Source: Octopus sinensis
Lineage: Eukaryota
Reading direction: 5' to 3'
DNA: 64,000 bases
Assembly: GCF_006345805.1 (NCBI RefSeq)
Contig: NC_043005.1
Coordinates: 32,860,001 to 32,924,000, forward strand
This document shows, in pieces, positions 12,458 through 26,307 of this stretch (position 1 is the stretch's first letter; each line of letters opens with the position of its first letter). The position numbers were made by a program, and so were the translations under genes. Under the pieces are notes generated by a model. It was not told the origin of the DNA and did not search any database. It saw only the letters and a program-made list of their open reading frames with translations.

Positions 12458-13157
12458 GGGTGGAGGTGGCGAACGCATACATCGCATCCGTCATCGAGTA
12501 CCGTCTGACCGTCGTGCCTTGTCCTGACCCTACCATCACCAAACTGGAACGCATACTCTTCAGCTTGTTGTGGAAGGGAAGTGCTCCGATGGTTAGATGA
12601 TCCATTTGCTGTCAACACCCGCTAAATGGAGGGCTAGGCATGCCGTGGTTGATGATGCGCAGACATGCACTGAGACTGCGACATCTCCGGCGCTTCATAG
12701 ACGACGGTGAACAGGTGTAGTCGCCGTTTGTGCGGCGTGTTTCCGGCAGCTCGTCTCCTTGGGCGAACTGCAGTCATGAATCAGAGACCGAAGCTCGGCG
12801 AATGGTATCGCGAGTGTCGCGTTGCTGTCAAGCAGCTCTGCCGCCCGGGACCAAACGTGTGCGACTTCATCACAACAAAGGCGTTCTATAGAGGATTAGT
12901 GGAGGGGAGGTGCGACGATGTCCTCGGGCAGAATCTGGGCGTCGACAAGGAACACCTGACCCACCTGTTCAGGACAACTTTCGGGCCGGGACCTATGGAC
13001 AATCACCAAAGATCCCTGGCTTGGCAGTGCTATCGAGAAGCATTACCTGTTCGGGATAAGCTCGACATGCACGGTTCGAGAAACACCGAAGCAACTTGCC
13101 CGAGATGCGGTCAAAGCGACGAAACCGTTCTGCACGCATTCGTGCAGTGTCCAACCA
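12458..13157 (+). mobile_element. Second, diverged Tx1-like LINE fragment
   Basis: Colinear with ~8186-8888 (EVANAYIASVI...CPRCGQSDETVLHAFVQCP); starts directly after (CTAT)n. Confidence 0.9.
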
Positions 13158-13793
13158 TGATTTTTACAATTGCAATTTAGGAACCACTGCGTCTGTTATG
13201 GTGGAAGGCAGCCCAAGATACTGCGTAGGGCTTCGAACCCGGTCTTACATGTTTGCGATACGAAATGTTTAACCATACACGCGAAACATGCGCCTAAGGT
13301 ACTCCTCGCTCTTTCTCTCTCGCCTCACTCATCTGTGTGTGTATTTCTGTGTCAGTATAACATCTCTCTATCTCTGTCTCTCACTGTCTTTATCTCTCTT
13401 CATCTCTCTTTTTCCTCTCCTTTTCATACAATCTCTCTGTGAGTGATCTATCGTGAAAATGTGTTCAGATTTGTACGTAGGTAGATGTGACTCTATAAAT
13501 GTGTATGTGTATGTTTGTGTGTGCGTATGTGTGTTAGTATGTACGCGTGTGTGTATTTACTCAGTTGTTCAGTGGATTAGTATTTTACTAAATACACATC
13601 ATCTCTGTAATCAGCACAAATCTATCTGCGCGTGTGAGCATGGCAGCTATGTGTGTGTGTATGTATGTATGTATGTATGTATGTATGTATGTATGTATGT
13701 ATGTATGTATGTATGTATGTATGTATATGTCGGTAAATATCTAAACCTGTATCTATGTCTATGTACATGTACATATGCAAATTTACAAACGAG

Positions 13794-13827
<34 letters not shown>

Positions 13828-14315
13828 CTAGCAGAATTGCCCGGCGATGCTCGGGGCTGAATTGCTTGAAAGTATTGTTAATGGTTGCACTGAATTATGA
13901 TGATTATTCAGGCAAATATTGATATAAGTTTACGGCGAATGAATGTATTTGCAAGTGTATAGAAAGCCGTGTAAAGGGGTTCCTACCCCCTCGTAGAATG
14001 GTGTAAGAATTGAATGCGATGTTGCCTTGAAAAGAGCCATGTTATTGTTGTCATAATCGTAAGAATTTGATAGTCGTGGAAGGCGGTGTAAAACGTTCGC
14101 AGGTGAATAGGGTCTCTTCGTTTTCCATGAACGGCAGCGGATGTGCTGTTACAAAACTTCATGCTGTGTTAAAAGAGAATGGATGCCCTATGTAGTGGTG
14201 TGAGGTTGATAGTGTTATGTTGTCTGTACGGAAATAAAAGGTCCATATTTTTATCCTTCACTTCCTACACACACACACACACTCACACACACACACACAG
14301 ACACACACACACACA

Positions 14316-14370
<55 letters not shown>

Positions 14371-14630
14371 TCTTAGCTTACAATTTGTTTCTTTCAACAA
14401 TTGACAACTGTAACAAATACACACGTGTGTGTGTGTGTTTGAGTGTTTTTTGTTGTGTTTCCTGCATCGACAATTCATTTCCACCCAGTTTAGCAATTCT
14501 GTCTTCAACGTCAATGAGTGTTTTGTTATAGATTTCATTGCTGATACCTTCCATGTCAGGATAGAGCAGTTGAGCTTTGCGCTGAAGGGGACAATGTTTT
14601 TGAGATTCCAGTTCGAATGTAAGGCAGGTT
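13828..14630 (-). mobile_element. Helitron remnant
   Basis: CTAG-CCCGGCGATGCTCGGG terminal hairpin at ~13828-13857; RepHel-like peptide ISNEIYNKTLIDVEDRIAKLGGNEL. Confidence 0.6.
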
Positions 14631-14920
14631 TGAAAGTTGCATGTATATATGTACAAAATCCACTGAGAAGGCCTTTGTTGGTCTGAAGCTACAGCAGAAG
14701 ACACATGCCAAGTCACCACACAGTGGGACTGAACCCAGGGCCATGTGTTTGGAACGTAGTTTGTTACCACACAGCCACAACTGCACCTATGTATGTGTGT
14801 GTGTGTGCGTATGTGTATATGGGTAGATATATTATGCATGTATATATGTGTATATATATATGTGTACATATTACATGTACATCTATATATATACATCTAC
14901 ACATAAAATACAAAATACAA

Positions 14921-15540
14921 AGTTATATCTTGATATCGCTAGTGATAACAATACTCAAAATATATAACAGACTGGAATTGTAGGCCCGTCTCTTGCAATT
15001 TCGATCAATTGGATCTTGTCCTCCCTCTTGTATACGGCTGCAGCGAAATTCATTTTTGGACTTTCTTCTATCGAAAGCATTTTAACAAAAATGCTTCCGT
15101 AAAAACGGTGAAAATATTGTCAGTTTCCCCAAACAGGGACACAATTCAATTTTTAAACAATAACGAAAGCCCCTTCTCCGAAAGGGGGAGGGTTACGGTT
15201 TACAATTATTTAACAAATGCAACACAACAACGTTTCTCTGACGAGGAACCAACAAACGTGATTACAAAAGTCAAACAGTAATAATAATTACAACAAACCT
15301 TTTTAATTTATCCCCATTTATGTGAAACCGCTTATTCAAGTTCAAGTCATTGATGCAATTTTATACGAATTGCTAATACACACACATACACATAATAAGG
15401 GTGAAAAATTGAAAATTAATTTGATTAATATGAATTGAAAACCAGTGATATAGCATATAAGACCATAGCGGATCTTCCTCTAGCAAAAAGGATGACCAGT
15501 ATTAATGGATCATCCCTGTTATATAAATATTTTCACTTTA
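14921..15540. repeat. Dispersed repeat, copy 1 (copy 2 at 35501-36166)
   Basis: Colinear, high-identity match with shared ends. Confidence 0.85.
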
Positions 15541-15867
15541 ATTGTTGCACACTTGCAAAGAGAAAGTAGGAGAAAGTGTGGTGGTAATGGAAGGAGTGAA
15601 GCACTTGAAATGAGAGAGGGAAATCATAAAATATTGACTTTTTTCGAATTTTTGCTTAATTGGGGGTGAAATTGAAAAACTTTACATGCCATGACCCAAT
15701 GGAATCTACTTCGAAAAATCATAGGTAAATTCCAATTGAAGAAATTCGATATTGTACAATTGTATAAAAAACGAACGATTTGGGAGCCAGAGAAAATCTG
15801 CCTTTTATCATGCATGGCCACAGCTCAAGAGCTAAAACTGGAAAACATAATAAACATATATATATAT

Positions 15868-16047
15868 AGGGGGGAATTCACAGAAAAAAACAAAAGACGA
15901 AGACAGATGGTGTAGACAACAAACAGATGTATTAGTATAACGCTCTAGAAGTGAAAACGTCTTTAACGTTTCGAGCCTACGCTCTTCCGCAGAAAGAAAC
16001 ACAGAAATAAACAAGGAGAGAAAATAAAGAATGTGTAGTGGCTAGCG

Positions 16048-16052
<5 letters not shown>
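15868..16052 (-). mobile_element. Short non-coding element with variant HHR-like core (copy 2 at 29262-29450, plus strand)
   Basis: Two homologous copies between microsatellites; cttt CTGCGGAA gagc-gtag-gctc GAAA cgT T^ aaag at 15961-15996. Confidence 0.7.
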
Positions 16053-16133
<81 letters not shown>

Positions 16134-16639
16134 ATATATATATATATATATACTAATACATACACATGTATATATATATATATATAGTTACATATACATG
16201 TATACATATATATAGTTACATATACATATGCATACACATATGGATACGTGCACATGTGTGTGTGTATTTGTGTATGCATGCGTGTGTGTACACACACGCA
16301 GACAGATGTGTATTGATTGTACACACGATGTGTGTTTACTTAAACCCTAATCCATTGACCAGCGAAGCCTAAATACAATTTTATAATTAAATATTATTAG
16401 GAATTGTATAAAAAAAAATATTTTGTGCATTGCAGAATTATAACCAATTTATTGTACATAAATTTTAACAAAAGATCTTATATGGATCCCGAAGGACAAC
16501 ATGGACAACATAGGCAACTTAATTATGATCACAACCTTCTGAATTAGACGATTCCATTAGTAATACAGTAACTAAGAAGTATACAACACGGATCTTTAAA
16601 TCCAAGAGGCAAAAAGAACAAAAAGATAATCAGAATGTT

Positions 16640-17100
16640 TCATAAAATAGTTAATATTGTCACGTTTTATGCGAATTTCTATGTGCTTACATGGCTTCTT
16701 GCCTCATAGATTCAGCTTCCTGGGATCTACTTTCAGAAAGGATACTTATTTGGAATCAGAGCAACCTCGGTAGTGTTTCTATGTTATTTCTATGCTACTT
16801 TGCTCCACCTACTTGTAACGCAAATTAGGACCCCCCTCGAACAGCTTTACAGCAAGGAAAATACAAAGTAGGAAGAGTAAAAACAAATGTATAATTATAA
16901 AAAAACAGACCAGCTGGATATTATGTCTAACCCTTTCAAAAATTGGATGACATTTGATTATATTTAACCCTTGGATGGCAATAGTGAGAAAAATTGCCAT
17001 CAAACTGGAACACTAACTTGTAGCGTTTCGACAGTAAAGCACTTTCCGTGTTGGTTTGGAAAAAAATACCTCTGAGTAGCAATTTCTTTTGTTGATCTAA
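16640..17100 (-). mobile_element. Possible decayed hAT (TTF-type zinc finger) transposase remnant
   Basis: LYFPCC/KLF...KW...KH pattern across frameshifts; weak. Confidence 0.25.
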
Positions 17101-17744
17101 GCCTTTGTCTCTGGACGAAATCCTTGGAATAGGGAGCGATAGTCAATTTCTTTCTACTGAGTCCCTTCTCCAAGAAGAAAAACTTTATTTAATATCAAAT
17201 GTCAACTAAATTTTTCTTTCAAATTGTTTTTAAAAGTTAAATTAGAATTCGTGAACAGTAAAAATTACATTATTTTCAATGAAAAGTGGCAAAACAAGAC
17301 CAGAAATGAAGAGAAACGATATATTGACAAACTATGTTTGGTGAAGTTTTAAAAAGGGCTAATTACTAAAATGTCAGTGGTATCTTGGGATTACTCTCTC
17401 TCTCTCTCTCTCTCTCTCACACATCTTTGGCAGGTGTTTTCTACTCTAACCTCGGGTCGACTAAAGCCTTGTGGGTGGGTTTGTTCGACGGAAACTGAAA
17501 GAAGCGCGTCGTATATGTATGTATATATTTATGTATGTGTGTCTTTGTGTCAGTGTTTGTCCCGCCACCATCACTTAACAACCAATGTTGGTGTTTTTAC
17601 GTCCTCGCAACTTAGCGGTTCGGCAACGGAAACTGATGGAATAAGTACTAGGCTTACAAAGAATAAGTCTTGGGGTCGATTTCTTCGACAAAATCTTCAA
17701 GGCGCCGCAGTCTAATGACTGAAACAAGTAAGGCTAAAAGACAT

Positions 17745-18010
17745 CGGTTCATGCTCTTGCTTGATAGGGCTGGATTCATCCCAGGCTAGAGATCCCAGCG
17801 GCGTCATCAAGCGCAAGGCCAACCATATCCACTTAGTGCCTGCCATCACTGGCGGTACCACCCGCCACCCCTCTGATTCCGCCAAGATAACGTCGAGCCT
17901 CTGGAGATCTTCTTTAAACACGTCCACCCATCTGATGCGGGAGCTGCTGTGTCGAACGAGAGTAAAGTCCCGATAGAATGATCTGGCCGGCGATATGTCC
18001 GTACCAGTAC
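17745..18010 (-). mobile_element. RTE-like LINE 3' fragment
   Basis: GHIAG...IRWVDVFKEDLQRL resembles an RTE C-terminus. Confidence 0.55.
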
Positions 18011-18047
18011 ATGCAGTGGATGGCTAACTATATATATATATACACAT

Positions 18048-18113
<66 letters not shown>

Positions 18114-18401
18114 ACACGCACGCACACACACTCACATACACACACACATACACACACACACACACACATATATAAATACATACATACATACATTTATGTG
18201 TATATATATATTATATATATATTTATTTATATATCACATTTCATTATATCATATTATCTCATATTATTATAAGATTGTAAATGAAACGTGAAAATCAGAT
18301 AAGGTTGGAATTTCTTTGAGTAATACACACACACATACACACACACACACTCACACACGCACACACACGCACACACACGCACACACACGCACACACACAC
18401 G

Positions 18402-18471
<70 letters not shown>

Positions 18472-18497
18472 ATAAGCAAGGATGTCTAGGTATTAGT

Positions 18498-18582
18498 GCA
18501 TTACGGTGATTTCAGGTGGCTCAGATTAATCGAACAATGCAAGCATTGCGTCAATTTGAAAAAGACCACCATCTTCGGATCA
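18498..18582 (-). ncRNA. Degenerate hammerhead
   Basis: gat CCGAAGA tggtggtc...gagccacct GAAA tcaccg TA^ atg; core and stem I are damaged. Confidence 0.35.
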
Positions 18583-18812
18583 AAATATAAGTTTTAAACA
18601 TACACCATACTCCATTATTTTTAGCAAATGTTTCATCAAAACTAGAGAATGAAAGAATTCCATGCTGTTACTATTGTAGCAGAATAAATTTAGATAGAAA
18701 AAAATATCCCAACTACGATTTAGAGTGGCAGAAGAGGATTGACTTGGTACCTCAACTTAAGTACCCAATTCAACTGAATCTTAATTATTTCTTCTTTGTA
18801 TATATATATATA

Positions 18813-18956
18813 AATGGTAAGACAATAAAATAAAGAAAGAGACCTCGATATTATGCGAATAAAGGAATTTGTCTGTAAATGTAATATGAGACAATTATTT
18901 GGCATCCAAAACTCGGAGTTTTGTCATGGCTACCGAATAATTGTCTCATATACATT

Positions 18957-18960
<4 letters not shown>
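18813..18960. mobile_element. Tiny fold-back insertion between (TA)n tracts
   Basis: Hairpin 18874-18960 (tgtaaatgtaatatgagacaattatttgg with ccgaataattgtctcatatacatttaca) plus a ~60-bp unpaired extension. Confidence 0.6.
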
Positions 18961-19049
<89 letters not shown>

Positions 19050-19054
<5 letters not shown>

Positions 19055-19572
19055 GCTGTGGACGATAAAGCATCGCGTGTTTGCCTACGACAGTTACGTG
19101 AAGAATAACGAGTCTATCACAGCAGCTCAGCGTGAGTTTCGGCACCATTTCAACATTCAACATTCACGAAAATCAGGCTGTTCTTACTCGTAACATAATC
19201 TTACGTTGAGTGAATGCATTTCGTACACGAGGTACACTAATGAATAGAAGACTGGTGGGGGCGCCACGAAGGGTACGGACCCCGGAAAATGTTGAATGCG
19301 TCAGACAAACTTTGATATGGTGTCCGAATCGATCTGCTCGGAGGCAATCCACTGAACTTAGCATCGGTAATCGATCGGTAAGGCGTATTTTGCATGAAGA
19401 CCTGCATTTCCACCCGTACAAATTGGCCATTGGGCAACACTTGAAACCATGGGACTATGCACAGCAGCTTAACTTCGCACGTCAGATGGAAGCAATTTTT
19501 GAGGCATATGACAACCTCATTTTGTTAATGAGTGATGAAGCTAATTTTCATCTCAATGGCATGGTGAATCAA
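19050..19572 (+). pseudogene. Tc1/mariner-superfamily transposase N-terminal half (rosa/DD41D-like)
   Basis: QREFRHHF, PRRVRTPEN, RRILHEDLHFHPYK and MSDEANFHLNGMVNQ (first catalytic D); disrupted and 3'-truncated. Confidence 0.85.
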
Positions 19573-20604
19573 GCGGAGCAAGAGCACACACGAGGACGAA
19601 AAGTGTCGCTGAAGAGGTTGTAACAGTAAACATTTGTAACGGTAGAGGTTGATTTGTGACGGTAGAAATGTGTACGGTTGAAATTAAATTGTAAACAATA
19701 ATATGGAAAATCGGTGTCGTTATCAGTTTGTAAGGATTGGTTCTTCGTTGACTGCCATTATGTAAAGATGAAAGAACAGTGATTGAAGATGTAAAGAAAA
19801 TATATATTTTTGCCGTTACATTGTATATACCTTGCCTCGACGGGCAGGTGATGAAATCCTAAAGCATGCGAAGTAAAACAGTTAATTTCGGCCCGTATGT
19901 TCTTATTGTAGTAGTATGTACACCATAGAGAGAGATATGGTAATGTGCAGAGAAAAGAAAGTGAGTTAGTGAAAATGAGAGTGTGGACAAACAACTACTC
20001 CGCTGGTAATTTACTATAGTTGTTCTCTTTGTGCCCTTTTCTTTAGAGACGGCGTTTGTTCAGCCGGTCAGCTAGACTCCGTTCTCACTAACTGAGTTGT
20101 CACCAAGTGACAAACTGATTTTTACTTGGGGGTTCTTGTCTTTATAACTATCCAGGAGGATAGACATATCGTTGAGAACAATGGATTTCGTAGGTGGTAT
20201 TTGTTATCTTAATTCTAGCTTTTGGTGAAGTAGAAGAGGTTAGAAGGATCAAGTAGTGAAGACATTATTTCGGCCTAGCTAAGGCATCGGGAAAATGTAA
20301 AACGGCTGTCACAGAAAAAACCATTGTTTCACCGTGAGAAAAGTTCTGTTGGAGTGTTACTTGAAATTTGGCTATGGTGGATCGAATCCACTTCATGCAT
20401 GCAAGAGTCACTACAAGGTCACAGATATGAGACGAAAGATTTCCGGACAATTGACATGAGTTAATATAAGAACAGTAATAAACGGGTGAAGAACAAATAT
20501 ATAATGCGTGTGTTTATTTGGCAAAAAAATGACTACCCCGAAATACAAATATGTCTGTTTCAACACACGGTTTCACATTAGGTATCTTACAACACAAATT
20601 CATG

Positions 20605-20642
<38 letters not shown>

Positions 20643-20666
20643 TATGTACACACACACACACACACA

Positions 20667-20729
<63 letters not shown>

Positions 20730-20732
<3 letters not shown>

Positions 20733-20878
20733 CAAAATGGGACAAGAACGCAAAACATTCAGACAGTTAGGTGATACAAAAAAGGGAAACAAAATATTCA
20801 GATAGACGATACAAAGAAAACAAGGGCGGGTCATTCGGAGTTTTCTTTCCTCAGTCGAGTTCAAGATTATCTTTGCAA
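20730..20878 (-). mobile_element. Truncated relative of the 10010-10340 structured element
   Basis: Homologous flank 'ggacaagaac...cggg.cattcg.ag'; minus strand reads ttgc aaagataatcttg aactcga CTGAGGA. Confidence 0.6.
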
Positions 20879-21999
20879 AATCATCTATGTTTCAAACCAT
20901 GCAATCTGCAATACTTAAGTACTATTTAATCCTGTTACAGATCTGCATCTGAGAAGTTATGGGCGGAAAGACAGAAGTGCCATTGAGAACAAGGAAGTCG
21001 TACAAGACGGCAATCATCTGTGAAGATAGAGCAATCACCATGTATGTATGTATGTATGTATGTATGTATGTATGTATGTATGTATGTATGTATGTATGTA
21101 TGTATACTTCTGTATCTTTTTGTCCAAATCATAATATCAATGAAACTCTTTCATGCAAGGAAATATTCATACCAGGCAATACTCTCATAATTTTAAAACA
21201 ATATAGCCTACAGATACGACGTCACAGTCTCATTGTTTCATAGATACTATATTAGAATAGACACACCGTCTATTTTGTATATGGGAACAGATATACCGAT
21301 ACATGTTGGTATCTGGATGTTGATAAATAACTATTATTAGACTGGATAGAAGTATATTTACATATATATTTATAAACTAAATTATTTATCTATCTGTCTG
21401 TCTGTCTGTCTGTCTGTCTATCAACCTGTCTGTCTATTTGTCTGTCTGTTTAACTGTATGTATGTATGAGAGCGGGGGGAGAGAAAGAGACTGAATGAGT
21501 ATGTGTACGTGTAGACTGTAAGTGTGCGTGTTTTATATAACTAAGGTCGCTTTGCATGAAAATCCCAACCTTCCAATATATTTTACTTAGGCAATGACGT
21601 CACCAAATCGTCAATAATTATGGATACAATTCCACCAATATTCCTTGTGTTGGGACGTATTAATGTCAAAATAGCCAATCGCTATTTCCTGCACCTGGAT
21701 TACAAGATCATTATCTTCGAAATGCGACGTGATGTCGCATTAGATACAAATATCCAAGTGTGGACACAGTTCCTGGCGATATCGGCACCACATTCAAGTT
21801 TCCAGAGAAAAATTAGGGGTTGTTCTCTCCCTCCTTTGAATACTTGGTTGACATATATTTGACTGTACGAGTTTGTGTTGTCTCGGTGATACCATACCAC
21901 ACTCAAACGTTGACTAACCGATCTGAAAACACTTTCTATTACCCCAGAGACAGTCGATGTCACTATTTCTGCGGATGATTCCACTTGATGTATTTGGTA

Positions 22000-23270
22000 C
22001 ATTTTAATATGAGTGAAACAATTTTTTCCCATAGTCTTATAAGCTATTCCAATATTGATGCTTTAAACATATTATGTGATATTGAACTAACAGAGAATAT
22101 CTGCAGCTGTCAGAGTTTTCAAAATCTTATGTAATACTTTTTATCCTTTCATTGCATAAAACATTTTCGTTCATAACCAAGTTTTTGTAGCACTCATTGT
22201 GCCTTTCATGTCTTTGATGCTCATGTTTTTGTTTTAGAAAGCACACTTACCGCGTTTAATTATCAACCAGAAAAAAATCTTTTGGCCAAATTCCATCCGT
22301 CTATTAACTAAAAATGTTATTAAGTCCAGCTGTTTCTTAGTTTTGCAATAATTTCCAATGTAGATTTTAAGATTGACATCAGAGGAATTATGCGTTATAT
22401 TCGTACTTCTTACTGTAACCACTGGAGTTTTGTTAGATAAATGACAGCAGATTTAGTGCCAAGGTAAACATACACACAGGCAGACTGTCAGTTTTGAATA
22501 TTATTTTACAGAGCGTTATAGCGTTAAGGACAGCCGTTCTGCTTTCATTTACATGGATGAGGGGAATTGACAAAACTTTTGTAAGACACTCAGTAGCTGT
22601 AATTAAGGAGACAGGTGATTCCAGTGATTACAAGTTGGGAATAGAGTTAAATACCTTTCTATAAAAAAAAGTCGTATGGACACAAGGTGTTTTAAAACTT
22701 TAGATAACACATCTTTATTAATTAGAAGGTGTTCGGCATATCTCTATAAGCCTTTATTCTACCTCCTTGTTTATCAGTGGGCAAAACTTATGTCTAATAT
22801 CTTAGCAAGCAACAGTTTTATAGTTTTCTACCAACGATGTGTTTTCACTCTTCTCCTATTTGCTATGTCAGTTTGGCCCTCTATAGTTATTTTAAGAATT
22901 AGAGGTGAATGCTTTTCCGATAAACATTAAAATCTTGGTACTTTTCCACTGTCTAACTCTCTCGTAACTGCTTTATTAAAAGTTCTGAGCAAAGATTATA
23001 AAGAGTTTGAACAACAATTTGCTATCTGTGACAGCATTTTTGTGTAGCGAAAGTTGTCTGTTGTCAAAGTTGTTTAGCTTTGCTACAGTGATTCTTTCTA
23101 CTTAACTGATATAAGGATTTCCGGGCTTTTTCAGAGCACTGCAACGGATGTTGATTTAAATGGACGTGCTGTCTTTGCTAGCTAAAATATTTAGTAGACC
23201 TTCCTATTACTGGAGCTATTCTTTTGTTTTTTTGCTTTTTTTTTTTTTTACCAATATCAGCCATGATGGC
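22000..23270 (-). mobile_element. Possible decayed hAT (Buster/Charlie-like) transposase
   Basis: Fragments resembling AKAK(KP.T) and (DES)TDIAN; heavily degraded. Confidence 0.3.
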
Positions 23271-24158
23271 AGAATGAAATTCAACGAGTTGAGAAGTATT
23301 TTATAGAATCTGTTTGAATAGCTCTAAATTGCGTAGTGAAAACTGTTTTCCTGGCAATAAATAAAGAAATTAACTAACTAGATAAATGAATAAATAAATT
23401 TCGGATCTAGTGTCTGTGAATTCGCTGTGTATAAAAGGAGAAAATGTCTTAAGGAATATTTTAAAGCTGTAATCAACCATTACATGGCGTAGATGACTGC
23501 AACAACTGTGATGGTGCCATCTACTAATCGTTCTAGCTTCTTGATGAATGTAACATTTACAGCCCCGAAAGGTTAACTTATCTTTGAATAAATTTATATA
23601 CCTTTTACTTGATGTAACGACTAGTTTTACTATGGTAACTTCCGTTTCTAGTGAGATCACCAACTGTAATTTTATATGTAAAGTTTTGAGCGACGTCTAT
23701 TTCTTTCTCGTTCATTTTCTTTGCCTCTCTTTTGCCTTCTCCCTCTCTCTTTCTATCTCTTTCCTTCCCCAATACTTTACAACTTCCTTCCTTCTGACTT
23801 TCTATCTATCCTTCTCTCGTCTCCAGTCCTACGGGATATTTTCATTTTCCTTTGCGTTACCCTATATTAGTCCGATTTTTTTCATGTTTACGTATATTTT
23901 ATTTTGTGGTGTTTGTTTTCATCCTTATCCTGTATGTTCGCTAGCTATTCTCAGTGGCTTTTTGCCATTGGCACCACCAAGAGTGAATAATATCAGCGTT
24001 AAAGGCGCGAAATTGTAAGGACTTTTTTGGATGTTGACTTATGAGGAATTAGCTACAAATTTTCTGTTCGTTACGTTTTTATAAAATTTTCCGTTTGTTG
24101 TATTTTGTTAAACTTTTGAAATATATATACATATATATATATATATAATATTTAAATT

Positions 24159-24227
<69 letters not shown>

Positions 24228-24270
24228 TATATATATATATATATATTATATATATATATATATATATAAT

Positions 24271-24309
<39 letters not shown>

Positions 24310-24310
<1 letters not shown>

Positions 24311-25560
24311 CTAACAGAGATACCCGTCGTTGCTCGGGATTAAAATGGGATAGTTTGTGTATATATTACAGTTATGTTGGACGGTGATACAGGAAAGTGC
24401 CGTATTGACAACAAAACGTTTGCGGAGTAAATGATAGGCTAATTCGACTAAGCGACGTGTCATGCCTCTGTTTGGAGTATTCCAGGCCTAACCTGTCATG
24501 GAAATTGTGGGTGGGTGGGTGGGTGGGGGCATATGTGATTTTTGAACGCACCGAAAAGCAGTCAGTGGATATACTCCCCCCCCCCTGCGGCAGTCGGCGC
24601 TGCGTCTAACACGACCAATCATCTGAAGTTTTGACACCTCCTTCGGGTTTCTTGTCCTACCCCACTTACGAAGTAAATTTGGAGGAAGTGTAGTTGTTCA
24701 TTTGTGGGTAACAGGGAAGCAAGGAGGTGATAGAATTTCCCTTGAACTTTGAACGTTGGCGTGAATGCAAGTCCAACTATTTCCTTAGATGCCATTCGAA
24801 ATGCAGAGTTGTGTTGTCTGATATTGTTCAGAAAAATCCTTTGACTCGATGGAAGTGCCTTCCAGAAGATCTATAAGAGGTTGAGGAGGAGCTGATAGTG
24901 CTGGAAATCTTACCTTACCACCTGAGTAGCGCATGCCATTAGTTTCATTTGGAAATTTTGGGTAAATCTCATCTCCCTTCTCTCTTGAGACTCTATTTCA
25001 TGTGCTGCAGCATACGTTTGCTGATCTTGGGAAAGTATTATCGCCCTTCTCTATTGAGACTCCATCTGACTTGAGAAACTCTCATCTCCTTTGTTTCTTG
25101 AGACTCTCACCTTCGGTTTTCTGCAATCCTCCTTGCTTAGTGGTTGTTTCTGGAGAGATTACATCTTTTCTCTGGGGGCATCTTTCAATATTGCAAACAA
25201 AAGATTATGAACATTGGAAAAATTATACATTAATCTCTATTATTGTAAGCAGCTGTATGTATGTAGCATAAACAATATTAGGGTCGTATCAAAAGTGAAA
25301 GAATAAAGTGAAATAATATTATCTGAAGTCAAAAGTGAAACAACAGAGGATAAAAGTGAAACAAAATTATAGTCTTATCAAAAGTAAGACAATATTATAC
25401 CGCTGAAAAAAATCAGAAAGGTCGTGTAGGGCGGGGTATACAGCCTCCTATATGGGCAAGGGCAAAAATTTGACCCCCTAGAACCTTCCCCGTGTAATGA
25501 AAAATCTTCAGATTGATCCAGTGGTTTGATTGTGCATAGAGGAAACATACACCCCCCACA
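24310..25560 (-). mobile_element. Internally deleted Helitron
   Basis: CCCGTCGTTGCTCGGG terminal hairpin; RepHel N-terminal peptide SGGKVRFPALSAPPQPLIDLLEG...LNNIRQHNSAFRMAS...FKVQGKFYH. Confidence 0.75.
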
Positions 25561-25639
25561 CACACACATACACACACACACACACACACACCACACACAC
25601 ACACACACACATATATAAATATATATATATATAGAGAGA

Positions 25640-26251
25640 GAAAATAGTAAAAAGTGAAAAAACTACAGAAGGCTTAAATGTTAAAAAATATATATATTTG
25701 CGTCAATATGTCTGAAGAATATTAAACAATTAAAAAAAAAAACTTTTTTTCTCTTATAATGACATAATTTAAAAGAAAGACCGGTTTCGCGTTTAGCTTT
25801 TCAAATTTCTTGCGACGTTATGTTTATGTTGAATAGAGTTATCGTTATGTTTATGTTCAGAAGAGTTCTAAATAAGGGGAGATAGTGAGTGATTTCTTCC
25901 GGTGTAAGGGAGATAATCGCTTAAAAATTTTTTCCTTTCCCTTGGTGTGAATTTCTCTGTATCAGTATGTTCGGATGGTTGAGTCTGGGCTTGTACTTTT
26001 CAATGAAGAATGTTTCCTTGTTTAGTCTAATTTGTGTTGATGATCCGAAAGCACATTGGTAAAATGGAAAGATTAAAAATTGTGGTAGTAGTTGCTTTGC
26101 GCATTTCTCAATTTTTTAAAAATTGTTTAATATTCTTCAGACATATTGACGCAAATATATATATTTTTTAACATTTAAGCCTTCTGTAGTTTTTTCACTT
26201 TTTACTATTTTCTATATAATCACCCACGTGCTTTCACAAACCAACTTTCTT
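25640..26251 (-). mobile_element. 5'-truncated PLE (same family as 30634-33794) with inverted terminal copy
   Basis: GIY-YIG C-terminus on the minus strand (25970-26112); arms ~25640-25731 and 26120-26212; HHR at 25773-25811. Confidence 0.9.
25773..25811 (-). ncRNA. Minimal hammerhead, U3-A8 variant
   Basis: aagaaa t TTGAAAA gc-taaac-gc GAAA ccgg TC^ tttctt. Confidence 0.7.
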
Positions 26252-26252
26252 A

Positions 26253-26307
<55 letters not shown>

